From: Candidatus Arthromitus sp. SFB-rat-Yit
Lineage (GTDB): Bacteria; Bacillota; Clostridia; Clostridiales; Clostridiaceae
Direction: 5' to 3'
Assembly: GCF_000283555.1 (NCBI RefSeq)
Contig: NC_016012.1
Coordinates: 390,001-422,000 of the forward strand
Length of the DNA stretch: 32,000 bases
How positions within the stretch are numbered: position 1 is the first letter of the stretch; the number at the start of each line of letters is the position of its first letter. This document shows positions 1 to 10,551 of the stretch, in pieces. The translations under genes were made by a program, and so were the position numbers. The notes below the pieces were generated by a model. It was not told the DNA's origin and ran no database searches. It was given only the letters and a program-made list of their open reading frames with translations.

Positions 1-2
1 TT

Positions 3-671
3 TTGTCATTATCGTTATTTATTTCTGCTAATATAGCTAGTTTAATATATAAAAGTAGTACATATGAAAAGTTAGAAATTAATTTTAATAACGAAGATAA
101 TAAAACTATAGTTAAAGATAGTGAAAAAATAGGAGAGGAGAAGATGGAAAATTACTCTAAGACTTTATTGAGTAATAACATAGTGTTATTTCAAGGGGGG
201 GTATTTAATGATTTGGATAATGCGGAAGAATTCAAGAAAAAAATTGATAATAAAACACTATCGAGTATTGTAAATGATGGAAAGTATGAAAGAGTAATTT
301 TGGGTATATCTTATAAGGATAATTTTTTAGATATGGTAGATTTTTTAAAGAGTAATAATATTCAATTTGTAAAACAAGTTTATAAAATACCTGTTAACGT
401 TGAGTATAATGAAGAAATTTTAAAAATCTTAGAAGCATTTTCCGATTTTATTTTAGAAGAGGGCAAAAATATTTTAAAGGATAAGGTAGATATAACGAAA
501 CTTAAAGAGGTTACTAGCACTTTGGATGTAGACTATGGTAAAAGGGGATCTTATGAACTGTTTAATGAGTTGAAAGAATCAATACTTGATTTAGAAGATA
601 GTGCAGAAAGAGAAGAATTAGAAAGTATATTTAATCTCATATATTTAAGTTTTGCTAATTATAAGTCATAG
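3..671 (+). CDS. 5'-partial protein with a SPOR-like (peptidoglycan-binding) central segment
   Basis: The ORF is open from the window edge to the stop at 669-671. The segment NIVLFQGGVFNDLDNAEEFKKKID...YERVILGISYKDNFLDMVDFLKSNNIQFVKQ resembles the beta-alpha-beta-beta pattern of SPOR repeats (xVQxGxF...A...RVxxG). This rests on pattern recognition only. Confidence 0.35.
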   Translation: MSLSLFISANIASLIYKSSTYEKLEINFNNEDNKTIVKDSEKIGEEKMENYSKTLLSNNIVLFQGGVFNDLDNAEEFKKKIDNKTLSSIVNDGKYERVILGISYKDNFLDMVDFLKSNNIQFVKQVYKIPVNVEYNEEILKILEAFSDFILEEGKNILKDKVDITKLKEVTSTLDVDYGKRGSYELFNELKESILDLEDSAEREELESIFNLIYLSFANYKS

Positions 672-985
672 TGTAAAAAAGTGTATAATTTTGCAAAAAT
701 ATATCCATTAATGTTTATTTATGCTTGTTAAAATTATTTCTAAATGATAAAATAATAATTAAATTTTGTGCTTTATACTACGTTAACATAAAGTGATGTT
801 CTGCCAATTTTATCTAGTTATACAAAAAAATACAAAAATTGTATATGAATTGAATAATAATAAATAAAAATGTAACAATATTTAAAGAAATAATGTGATA
901 GTGTTCTATGTAGAAATAAAAATATAGTTGTATTTTATTGAATTAAGTTTTATTAAGAATGATTGTTTTATTTGAAAGGAGATAA

Positions 986-2008
<1,023 letters not shown>

Positions 2009-2015
2009 GAATGAA

Positions 2016-2858
2016 ATGAAGTTTATAAAAAATAAAATAAATCTTATAATATCATTATTAGTAATAATTATGATAGTTCTTATATTGTTTTCTTCTCAGA
2101 GAAGTAGTAAATCATATATTGAAGGTGTAACAGGAGATATAATGAATCCTGTACAGAAGGTTATATATAGCGTATCTAAATATATATCTGATACATATTA
2201 TGGTATGATTCATTATTCAGAGTTAACAAATAAAGTTAAGGAATTAGTTGAAGAAAATGGGGAATTAAAATCTAAAATTATTGATTATTCTGGATTAAAG
2301 GAAGAAAATGATAAATTAAGAGATGTACTAAATTTAAAAGATAGATTAGAAGATTACACATTTATAGGAGCTAATATTATAGGAAGAAATGATGTACATT
2401 CTAATAATTACATAGTGGATGTTGGTATGGATGATGGACTTGAGAAAGGTATGATAGTTGTTGCTAATGGAGGTCTATTTGGAATGATTACATCCGTATC
2501 TAGTAATTGGAGCATTGTATCTCCTATTAATAACGGAAGTATATCAATAGGAGGTATAGTTAAGAGAACCAATGGGAGCAATGGGATAGTGAAAAAATAC
2601 AAAAACTCTGTAGGAAATTATGTTTTTAAAATGGAGTATTTACCTATAGATGAAGATGTAGTTGAAGGGGATATTATAATTACTTCTGGTTTAGGGGGAG
2701 TATACCCATATGGAGTAGTTATTGGGGAAGTTATATCTATAGAAGATGACAAGAGAAATTTGAGTAAAAGTATATTAATCAAATCGCATGTAGATTTTGA
2801 TTTTGTAAATAACCTGTTTATTGTAACTCCAAAGAATAAATATAAGGTAGAATATTGA
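2016..2858 (+). CDS. mreC: Rod-shape determining protein MreC
   Basis: It has an N-terminal TM segment, a coiled-coil (ELVEENGELKSKI...ENDKLRDVLNLK) and a C-terminal beta-rich region with G-rich turns (IITSGLGGVYPYGVVIGEV). It sits between mreB and mreD. Confidence 0.85.
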   Translation: MKFIKNKINLIISLLVIIMIVLILFSSQRSSKSYIEGVTGDIMNPVQKVIYSVSKYISDTYYGMIHYSELTNKVKELVEENGELKSKIIDYSGLKEENDKLRDVLNLKDRLEDYTFIGANIIGRNDVHSNNYIVDVGMDDGLEKGMIVVANGGLFGMITSVSSNWSIVSPINNGSISIGGIVKRTNGSNGIVKKYKNSVGNYVFKMEYLPIDEDVVEGDIIITSGLGGVYPYGVVIGEVISIEDDKRNLSKSILIKSHVDFDFVNNLFIVTPKNKYKVEY

Positions 2859-2862
2859 TAAA

Positions 2863-3354
2863 ATGAGATTTGTGGTATTATTTGTTTTATCTGTATTTTT
2901 TTTCATATTAGATATATCATTAATCCCTATTATTGCTACAAATGGCGTATATACGAGTTTGGCTAACATATATTTTCTTATGTGCTGTATGAATATTGAA
3001 AAACATGAAGTTGTGTATTTTTCTCTTATTATAGGATTTTTTCAAGATATTTTTTTTACTAATGGATTTGGTTTTAATATATTTTTAAATATTAGTTTAG
3101 GTATATTATTTTATTATGTGGCTATGAAATGCAATAAAAATAAATATTTTTTATCTGTATCAATTATATCTATATTTTCTGCACTTAGAAGCTTGATTAC
3201 AAGTATATTTTTAAGTATATTTTTAGGTATAGGTATTAATTGGTTATATTTGATTTATGAGTTAATTCATATATTTATTTTTTCAGCCTTCATATATTTA
3301 TTATTAAACAAAATGTTTAAAGGGAAACTATTTAGGAAGTCATTAGAATTTTAA
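2863..3354 (+). CDS. mreD: Rod-shape determining protein MreD (polytopic membrane protein)
   Basis: A 163-aa, highly hydrophobic multi-TM protein directly after mreC. The call rests mainly on synteny and size. Confidence 0.7.
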   Translation: MRFVVLFVLSVFFFILDISLIPIIATNGVYTSLANIYFLMCCMNIEKHEVVYFSLIIGFFQDIFFTNGFGFNIFLNISLGILFYYVAMKCNKNKYFLSVSIISIFSALRSLITSIFLSIFLGIGINWLYLIYELIHIFIFSAFIYLLLNKMFKGKLFRKSLEF

Positions 3355-3410
3355 TTAATGGAGGGATTAAGATAAATATAAAACATAGAAGTAGTACAGA
3401 TTATAGATAT

Positions 3411-6173
3411 TTGGTAATTATTATATCTATGTTTGTACTTTTTTTTATTATAATAATTAGATTATTTAACCTTCAGATTTTAGGATTTGAAGAAAATTTA
3501 AAATTAGCTACCTATTATTCCCAAAGACAAGTATCGATAAGAGCATCCAGGGGTGAAATATTAGATAAAAATGGTGAAATTCTTGCTACTAATGTTGAAA
3601 GTTATATATTAGAATATTCGAGTATAAATAATAACGATAGTTTTTTTGATGTGATTACGGAAGTATTAGATATATTGGATAAAAATGGTGAAGATTTATA
3701 TAATACTTTTGAAATAAAAGTTGATCCTTTTAGATTTGAATTTTCGGGTATGTCCGATTCAGAAGTACGAATAAAGGAGCTTAGATTTAAAAATGATAGA
3801 GGATATTATGAAAAGTTAAAAAGAAACTATTTTGGATCTATTAGAGATTTAACGGATAATCAAAAAAGAGAGTTAGAAGATAATATTATAAATATAAAAG
3901 CAGAAGATATGTTTTATGATCTTGTTAAAGAATATGACTTATATAAATTATTAGATAATCAAAATGAAATGAAGTCTAGATCTGGAAAAGAAATATATGA
4001 TGAATTAATTAAAAAGTTTACTGCTAAGCGTATAAGGGATTATGTTTTCATAAAAGACAGCATTAAGATGAATAGTTTTTCGGGATTTAATCCTATAATA
4101 TTAGCAATTGATTTAAATAAAGAAACGGCTTTTGAAATAATGCAAAAGGAAGTTATGTTAAGTGGAATTACAGTTTCACCTAGATCTATAAGGTATTACC
4201 CGGAAGGAGAATTTGCATCTAGCATTATAGGGTATATAGGTTCTATAGATGACTCTCAAAAAGAAAAGTATCAAAAAGAAGGTTATAATACTTCTTATGA
4301 TACAATTGGTAAAGCTGGTATAGAATCTATATTTGAGTCTAGTTTGAGGGGGAAACATGGAAGTAATATTATAAAGGTTGATAATAATGGAACTAAAAAA
4401 GAAGATATTATGCAAATTGATCCAATAGCTGGAGATAATATTTATTTAACTATAGATAAAAAATTACAAAAAGTAACTGAAAGAGCTTTAAATGATGTAA
4501 TGCTTGGTTTGCAAAACACAGGTAATAAACATGGAACAGGACTTGATACTAGTAATGCAACACGTGGTGCTGCTGTTGTTATTGATGTTAATAATGGAGA
4601 TGTACTATCATTAGTTTCATTACCCAATTATGATCCTAACGTATTTATTAATGATGAAAATATGACATCTGAGATAAGAGAGAAGTATTTTGCAACAGAC
4701 CTTAAAAATTTTGGAGAAAAATACATAGAGGATAGGAAATTAGATGTAAATGTAGATGAATTATTTCCATTATTAGACAAAAACGATCCAAATAGTTTAA
4801 GGGAAGATCCAAATGATATATATCCTAAAGTGTTTTTTAATTATGCTACACAAGGTTTAATACCACCAGGATCTACATTCAAACCTTTAACGGCAATAGC
4901 TGCACTTGAAGAGGGGGTTGTTACTCCTAATGAAACTATAAAAGATAATTTAGTATTTGAGGCTTATAATAACAAATGGACAAATCTTGTTAATTATACA
5001 CTTGGAGATATTGATGTTAGAGATGCATTAAGATCATCAAACAACCATTATTTTTATCAAGTTGCGTATAGAATGTATAATCAAGAAGGACTTTCAAATA
5101 AAGAAGGATTGGATATATTAGCTAATTGGGCATGGCAATTTGGATTAGGTAGACCTCCCAACACAACAAATTATGTTTCTACAACAGGTATAGAATTAAT
5201 AGAGACTACGGGTCAAATATTTAATTTACAAAGCATGAAATCAAATATAGTTGCGTTATCAACATACAATATAATAGATATTTTGAATAAAGGAGAATTT
5301 GGAAGATATACATTTAAACCTATAGATATATCTAAAAAAACCACTGATAGTGAAAAATTATCAAAATTAAAGAAGGAAATTAAAGACCTTGTAAAGAACA
5401 TATTAAATGAAGATTTGCCAATAGATGTAGATAAAGAGATATTAAATGAGAGAATAGAGTATTTAAATTCAAATTTAAATACGTTATTTTTAGATATAGT
5501 TAATTATTATAATGAAGAGTTTAATACTGAGTATATAGATGAAGATGTTAAAAATATGACTAATGCAATAACAGAATATACGATGTATTCGTTAAGAACT
5601 GAAATTTATACACCAGGGAATGTAATAAATGCTTCTATAGGTCAGGGAATGAGCTTGTTTACACCTATACAGCTTGCTAATTACATCGCAACTATCGTTA
5701 ATGGAGGCATAAGATATAAATTAAATTTGGTAGATAAGATAGTGGATATTAATAATAATATGGTTAAAGAGTATAAACCGGAAATATTAGACAAAGTTAT
5801 TTTAAAACCTGAAAATGTGGATGCTGTAATAGAGGGTATGAGGAGAGTTACTAGAAGTGGTAGCACTGCGAGTGTTTTTACTAATAATCATTATTTTCCT
5901 ATTGAAACAGGTGGTAAAACGGGTACTGCAACGTTTAAAGAGAATGGTATGCAAGAAAAAGTTGGTAGAGCAGCATATGGAGTATTTGTTGGATTTGCAC
6001 CTATAGATAATCCAGAAATAGCTGTATGTGTAGTAATATATGATGGTGGTCATGGGTATTTCAGTTCTTATGTAGCTAGAGCAATATTTGAAGCGTATTT
6101 TAAGGATGAATTACAAAAAAATTATCCAAAATATGTTCCGATGTTTCCTTACGCATATACTTTAATGGATTAA
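3411..6173 (+). CDS. Class B penicillin-binding protein (PBP2/elongasome-type transpeptidase), unusually long
   Basis: An N-terminal TM segment is followed by RLFNLQIL...RGEILDKNGEILATN. Transpeptidase motifs are STFK (aa 488-491), SSN (542-544) and KTGTA (836-840). The start is uncertain: the frame is open from 3336 and a strong GGAGGG at 3360-3365 lies upstream of the listed TTG. Confidence 0.85.
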   Translation: MVIIISMFVLFFIIIIRLFNLQILGFEENLKLATYYSQRQVSIRASRGEILDKNGEILATNVESYILEYSSINNNDSFFDVITEVLDILDKNGEDLYNTFEIKVDPFRFEFSGMSDSEVRIKELRFKNDRGYYEKLKRNYFGSIRDLTDNQKRELEDNIINIKAEDMFYDLVKEYDLYKLLDNQNEMKSRSGKEIYDELIKKFTAKRIRDYVFIKDSIKMNSFSGFNPIILAIDLNKETAFEIMQKEVMLSGITVSPRSIRYYPEGEFASSIIGYIGSIDDSQKEKYQKEGYNTSYDTIGKAGIESIFESSLRGKHGSNIIKVDNNGTKKEDIMQIDPIAGDNIYLTIDKKLQKVTERALNDVMLGLQNTGNKHGTGLDTSNATRGAAVVIDVNNGDVLSLVSLPNYDPNVFINDENMTSEIREKYFATDLKNFGEKYIEDRKLDVNVDELFPLLDKNDPNSLREDPNDIYPKVFFNYATQGLIPPGSTFKPLTAIAALEEGVVTPNETIKDNLVFEAYNNKWTNLVNYTLGDIDVRDALRSSNNHYFYQVAYRMYNQEGLSNKEGLDILANWAWQFGLGRPPNTTNYVSTTGIELIETTGQIFNLQSMKSNIVALSTYNIIDILNKGEFGRYTFKPIDISKKTTDSEKLSKLKKEIKDLVKNILNEDLPIDVDKEILNERIEYLNSNLNTLFLDIVNYYNEEFNTEYIDEDVKNMTNAITEYTMYSLRTEIYTPGNVINASIGQGMSLFTPIQLANYIATIVNGGIRYKLNLVDKIVDINNNMVKEYKPEILDKVILKPENVDAVIEGMRRVTRSGSTASVFTNNHYFPIETGGKTGTATFKENGMQEKVGRAAYGVFVGFAPIDNPEIAVCVVIYDGGHGYFSSYVARAIFEAYFKDELQKNYPKYVPMFPYAYTLMD

Positions 6174-6191
6174 TTTTTGGAGGGAAGTTTT

Positions 6192-6830
6192 ATGGATAGC
6201 AATGGAGTTAAAATTAGGGGTATTAAAGAAGGATTAGAGATAATATTTGATGATGAAAGATATACATATGATAAATTAGCTGTTGAGTTAATAGATAAGA
6301 TGAAAGGAAATTTAAGATTTTTTCGAGAATCTTCTATAAAGCTTATTATAGATTTTAATAAAATTGACAATGATATTCTTAAAGATATAAGGGAATTTTT
6401 TGAGAAGGATTTAAACGTAAAAGAATTTACATTAGAAGACAAAAACAGTTACTATATAGAAAATAGTACATATTTTAGTGGGATTGATGAAGGAAAGACG
6501 AAATTTATATATAAAACAATTAGAAGCGGTCAAAAAATATTTTTTAATGGGAATATAGTTGTGATAGGGGATGTAAATAGTGGCGCTGAAGTTATATCTA
6601 CAGGTAATATAATAATTTTAGGTGAACTTAAGGGTAGAGTACATTCAGGATTTAATGGAAATGATAAAACAATAATTGCAGCATTTAAATTATCTCCAGA
6701 AATTTTACAGATAAGTGATATTGTTTCCACATCTCCGGATGGAGATAATCCAAGATATCCAGAAGTAGCTAAATTAAAAAATGGTTGTATTGAGGTAGAG
6801 CCATATAGTATAAATAAATATGTATATTAG
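6192..6830 (+). CDS. minC: Septum site-determining protein MinC
   Basis: C-terminal beta-helix repeats (GNIVVIGDVNSGAEVISTGNIIILGELKGRVHSG) are present and it lies upstream of minD. I prefer the ATG at 6192 (GGAGGG 8 nt upstream) over the track's TTG at 6177. Confidence 0.8.
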   Translation: MDSNGVKIRGIKEGLEIIFDDERYTYDKLAVELIDKMKGNLRFFRESSIKLIIDFNKIDNDILKDIREFFEKDLNVKEFTLEDKNSYYIENSTYFSGIDEGKTKFIYKTIRSGQKIFFNGNIVVIGDVNSGAEVISTGNIIILGELKGRVHSGFNGNDKTIIAAFKLSPEILQISDIVSTSPDGDNPRYPEVAKLKNGCIEVEPYSINKYVY

Positions 6831-6909
6831 CAAAAAATTCCATATTTAATTTATAATATATTAATTAAATATTTAATATTATAACGATATAGTTAGTGGG
6901 AGGTACATT

Positions 6910-7701
6910 ATGAGCGAATCAATAGTTATAACGTCAGGGAAAGGTGGTGTTGGTAAAACTACAACAACTGCAAATATTGGAACTGCACTTGCTTCTTTTG
7001 ATAAAAGTGTAGTGGTTGTTGATGGTGATACAGGGTTACGGAATTTAGATGTATTAATGGGATTGGAAAATAGGATTGTATATACATTACTGGATGTTAT
7101 TGAAGGTAAGTGTAAGCTTAAACAGGCAATAATAAAAGATAAGAGATTTAATAGTTTGTATTTATTACCTACAGCTCAGACTAGAGATAAAAATGATATA
7201 ACGACTAAACAAATGCAAAAGTTAGTTAATGAGTTAAAGCAAGATTTTGACTATGTTTTAATAGATTGTCCAGCAGGTATTGAACAAGGATTTGAAAATG
7301 CAGTTATAGGTGCTGATAGAGCTATAGTTGTAGTTAATCCTGAAATAACATCTGTTAGAGATGCTGATAGAGTTATAGGTAAATTAGATGCAAAAGGGTT
7401 AGATAGACATCAATTAATAATTAATAAGTTAAATTATTCTATGACTAAAAAAGGTGATATGTTAGATGTAGATGATATAATGGAAACTTTATCTATAAAG
7501 TTATTAGGAGTTGTACCTGATGATAAAAATATAACTATATCTACTAATAAAGGTGAGCCTGTGGTGTTGTCGAATAAATCTAGAGCTGGCAATGCTTATA
7601 TAAATATTGCGAAAAGACTAATGGGAGAAGAAGTTCCATTTATGAATTTAGTAGAGAGTAATAATATACTAAAATCATTGATTAATATATTTAAGAAATA
7701 A
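6910..7701 (+). CDS. minD: Septum site-determining ATPase MinD
   Basis: It has the deviant Walker A motif SGKGGVGKTT, the motif DCPAG, and a C-terminal amphipathic tail (LKSLINIFKK). RBS GGGAGG lies upstream. Confidence 0.95.
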   Translation: MSESIVITSGKGGVGKTTTTANIGTALASFDKSVVVVDGDTGLRNLDVLMGLENRIVYTLLDVIEGKCKLKQAIIKDKRFNSLYLLPTAQTRDKNDITTKQMQKLVNELKQDFDYVLIDCPAGIEQGFENAVIGADRAIVVVNPEITSVRDADRVIGKLDAKGLDRHQLIINKLNYSMTKKGDMLDVDDIMETLSIKLLGVVPDDKNITISTNKGEPVVLSNKSRAGNAYINIAKRLMGEEVPFMNLVESNNILKSLINIFKK

Positions 7702-7721
7702 TATGAGTGGGGGCGACATAA

Positions 7722-7985
7722 TTGATTAGATTACTGCATAATAGACCTTTACCAAAAGACATCGCTCGAGATAGATTGAAAGTTATAATAATAAATGACA
7801 GAGAGGGAATAACACCATATATTTTAGATATAATTAGGAGTGAGATATTAACAATAATTTCGAAATATATTAATATTGATACAAATAAGGCTACGTTTGA
7901 TTTGATTAATAATTCGTATAATGATAATAAACAAAATCACTCTTCGTTAGTAGCAAAAATTCCTTTATATAGAAATAGTAAGTAA
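7722..7985 (+). CDS. minE: Cell division topological specificity factor MinE
   Basis: An 87-aa protein whose N-terminal region KDIARDRLKVIIINDR matches the MinE anti-MinCD/membrane-targeting pattern (A..RL..il..DR). It directly follows minD. Confidence 0.85.
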   Translation: MIRLLHNRPLPKDIARDRLKVIIINDREGITPYILDIIRSEILTIISKYINIDTNKATFDLINNSYNDNKQNHSSLVAKIPLYRNSK

Positions 7986-7997
7986 AGGTGGATTTTA

Positions 7998-9098
7998 TTG
8001 AAACATATTTTATTTAAGTTTCGGCAAACTAGGAAAATTGACTTTATTCTTTTAATTAGCGTTATAATTTTATGTTTATATGGAGTAATAAATATATTTT
8101 ATGCTACTAATTTTAGTTCGGCAAGAAAGCAATTATTATTTGTTGTTATATCGTGCATTACTTTATATATAATATTATTTATAGATTATTCTTATATTAA
8201 AAAAATTATTCCTATTATTTATTTTTTTAATATAGGTTTATTGATATTTACTAAATTATTTAGTGATAAGATTAATGGAGCTAATGCATGGATACAAATA
8301 GGTAATTTCACATTACAACCTGCAGAGTTTATGAAGATTTCTTTAATATTGATGATCTCAAAAACTATAGATGAGAGTAGCGATAAAATAAATGATAAAA
8401 AATATATGTATAAATTGGCATATTATATTTTATTACCATTGATTTCTATTATTATACAGCCTGATATGGGTATGACTATAGTTTGTTTTATAATGAGTAT
8501 AGGAGTGCTATTTATATCCGGTGTAAATATAAAAATATTTTTTGCAGGTTTACTTTTGAGTATATTTTCTATTTTATTGGTCTGGGATACTAACTTATTA
8601 CCTGAATATTGGAAGAGTAGGATTGTATCTTTCTTAAATCCTTCATTAGATTCTATGGGAAATGGATTACAAGTTTCTCAATCAAAAATAGGAATAGGTA
8701 TAGGTGGAATTATTGGTAGAAACGGTAATAGTAGCTATGTTTCACAGTTTGTACCTGAGCCTCAGAATGATTTCATATTTTCTATTATAGGTGAATATTG
8801 GGGGTTTTTGGGTTCGATTTTATTGTTAATTGTATATGTGATTATAATAATTAGAATATTGAAAATAGCTCGTTCAGCTAAAGATAAGTTTGGTGAATTA
8901 TTCTGTATAGGTATGGTTTTTTATATTTTGTACTCTGTATTTCAAAATATAGGTATGACTATAGGATTGATACCAGTAACTGGAATTAATTTACCTTTTG
9001 TAAGTTATGGAGGTAGTTCTATATTAAGTAATATGATAGGAATTGCTATAGTTTTAAATATTAATATGAGGAAACAGAGTATAGTTTTTGTAGATTAG
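7998..9098 (+). CDS. rodA: SEDS-family peptidoglycan glycosyltransferase RodA (FtsW/RodA/SpoVE family)
   Basis: A roughly 10-TM protein with SEDS motifs QPAEFMKISLIL, IIQPDMGM, PEPQNDFIFS and NLPFVSYGGSS. It lies in the mre/min cluster. Confidence 0.85.
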   Translation: MKHILFKFRQTRKIDFILLISVIILCLYGVINIFYATNFSSARKQLLFVVISCITLYIILFIDYSYIKKIIPIIYFFNIGLLIFTKLFSDKINGANAWIQIGNFTLQPAEFMKISLILMISKTIDESSDKINDKKYMYKLAYYILLPLISIIIQPDMGMTIVCFIMSIGVLFISGVNIKIFFAGLLLSIFSILLVWDTNLLPEYWKSRIVSFLNPSLDSMGNGLQVSQSKIGIGIGGIIGRNGNSSYVSQFVPEPQNDFIFSIIGEYWGFLGSILLLIVYVIIIIRILKIARSAKDKFGELFCIGMVFYILYSVFQNIGMTIGLIPVTGINLPFVSYGGSSILSNMIGIAIVLNINMRKQSIVFVD

Positions 9099-9160
9099 TA
9101 ATTATATTATATATTTAAAATATATTTATATAAAATAATTAATATATTTTAGGTATCTTT

Positions 9161-10012
9161 ATGAACTATTTCAAAATGCTAAAAAAATTTTTACTTATTC
9201 TATTGCATAATTTATTTATAATAGAAAGTTATGAATATGTATTATTTTCGTTAATGGCTATATTTATACATGAAATTGCACATTTAGTGTTTTTGAAATC
9301 AAATAGAACATGTAATATTAAGCTAGATTATAATATATTAGGTTTTAATATAAAACTAGATAATGATGGGATATCGGATAATAAATTGATAATGACTTAT
9401 TGTATAGGAAGTTTATCGAATATATGTTTAGGAATATTGCTGATATTAGTACAAATATTATTTAGTGTGACTATATTCGAAAAGTTTATTATAGTAAATT
9501 TAATTATTGGATTTATTAATTTTTTACCTGCATTTCCGTTAGATGGATCAAATATACTAAGGATTATTTTGTTTAAAGTTACTAATTATAAAGTATCAAA
9601 TATTATAAGTATTTATATTAGTTATTTAATAGGTTTTGGTTTATTAATTTATGTATTTATTTTTAATTACTTAATAGGATTTAATATTAATTATTTGATT
9701 TTATGTATAATTATATTTTTAAGTACATCTACTGAATTTAATAAATTTAATAAATTTAATAAATTTAAGGTTAATAATAAATTTAAGGTTAATAATAAAT
9801 TTAAGTGTAAAGTTACTGTAATATCATTTGAGTTATTGGATAGAACAACATTGATTGATATTATTAAATTATATATTAAGTATGATATAACTATATTTTA
9901 TGTTGTTAATATGGAATCTGAAATTATAGTATTATATGTAAAAGATGTTATTGAATATTATAAAATATATGGTAATATAAGCATTTTGGAATTCTATAAA
10001 TATTTAACTTGA
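9161..10012 (+). CDS. SpoIVFB-like M50B site-2 metalloprotease with a C-terminal CBS-like domain
   Basis: HEIAH (HExxH) lies in a TM segment and FINFLPAFPLDGSNIL matches the NxxPxxxLDG motif. The C-terminal ~68 aa (VVNMESEIIVLYVKDVIEYY) look CBS-like. The position between minCDE/rodA and rplU matches spoIVFB in Bacillus subtilis. The RBS is weak. Confidence 0.65.
   Translation: MNYFKMLKKFLLILLHNLFIIESYEYVLFSLMAIFIHEIAHLVFLKSNRTCNIKLDYNILGFNIKLDNDGISDNKLIMTYCIGSLSNICLGILLILVQILFSVTIFEKFIIVNLIIGFINFLPAFPLDGSNILRIILFKVTNYKVSNIISIYISYLIGFGLLIYVFIFNYLIGFNINYLILCIIIFLSTSTEFNKFNKFNKFKVNNKFKVNNKFKCKVTVISFELLDRTTLIDIIKLYIKYDITIFYVVNMESEIIVLYVKDVIEYYKIYGNISILEFYKYLT
9737..9805 (+). repeat. In-frame tandem repeats (9-bp unit x3, then 18-bp unit x2) inside the M50 protease gene
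   Basis: The sequence tttaataaa tttaataaa tttaataaa tttaaggttaataataaa tttaaggttaataataaa tttaag encodes FNKFNKFNKFKVNNKFKVNNKFK, located between the last TM segment and the CBS-like domain. Confidence 0.9.
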
Positions 10013-10050
10013 ATTTACTGTTTTAAGATAATTTTGATATTATTTTGGTA

Positions 10051-10090
10051 AAGTGGTATTGAATGGATATTTAAGACCACTTTTTAAATT
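10051..10090 (+). terminator. Possible intrinsic terminator after the M50 protease gene
   Basis: AAGTGGT (10051-10057) pairs with ACCACTT (10076-10082) and is followed by a T-run. The 18-nt loop is large, so this is only moderately convincing. Confidence 0.4.
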
Positions 10091-10121
10091 TTTTATTTTG
10101 TGAATTAGGTATTTAATTAGG

Positions 10122-10150
10122 TTGCATAATATAAGGGAATATGCTATAAT
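10122..10150 (+). promoter_or_regulatory. SigA-type promoter of the rplU-prp-rpmA operon
   Basis: TTGCAT (10122-10127), an exactly 17-nt spacer, then TATAAT (10145-10150). Confidence 0.6.
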
Positions 10151-10156
10151 TAAGTA

Positions 10157-10233
10157 TATATCCGCACTTATTTAGGTTTTTTAAAATGTACTACCTAATG
10201 AGGCGAGTCTTAGTTTATTGAGGAGGATTTTTA
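10157..10233 (+). promoter_or_regulatory. Structured 5' UTR of rplU (candidate L21-leader-type ribosomal protein leader)
   Basis: A hairpin forms between cgcacttatttagg (10163-10176) and cctaatgaggcg (10194-10205), about 12 bp with two bulges, lying between the promoter and the AGGAGG RBS. Firmicutes carry a known L21 leader in this position. No covariance model was run. Confidence 0.4.
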
Positions 10234-10548
10234 GTGATGCACGCTATTATAGAAACGGGTGGAAAACAGTATAGAGTTAAAGAAGGAGATACTGTATATA
10301 TTGAAAAATTAGATTTGGATGCAAATTCATCTAGTGAGTTTAATAGGGTATTGGCTGTGTTTGATGATAATAGCACTAAAATTGGCAGCCCATTTGTAGA
10401 AGGGGTTAAAGTTAAGTTTACTGTTGTTGCACATGTAAAGGGTAAAAAAATAATTGTTTTTAAATATAAGGCTAAGAAGGACTATAGGAGAAAAAATGGT
10501 CATAGGCAACCATACACAAAGATTATAATTGATAAAATTGAGTGTTAA
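10234..10548 (+). CDS. rplU: 50S ribosomal protein L21
   Basis: [18 protein letters not shown] is the canonical L21 N-terminus. AGGAGG lies at 10221-10226. The start is either GTG 10234 or ATG 10237. Confidence 0.95.
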   Translation: MMHAIIETGGKQYRVKEGDTVYIEKLDLDANSSSEFNRVLAVFDDNSTKIGSPFVEGVKVKFTVVAHVKGKKIIVFKYKAKKDYRRKNGHRQPYTKIIIDKIEC

Positions 10549-10551
10549 TTA

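Noticed and set aside
6831-6909. AT-only inverted repeat (ATATTTAATT ... AATTAAATAT) between minC and minD as a terminator.
   Set aside because: It is composed purely of A/T, so it is expected by chance in this composition and would form a very weak stem. minC and minD are normally co-transcribed.
9737-9805. Tandem repeats as a possible mini CRISPR array or satellite.
   Set aside because: The units are contiguous with no spacers, in frame, and inside a continuous ORF. They form a coding low-complexity linker.
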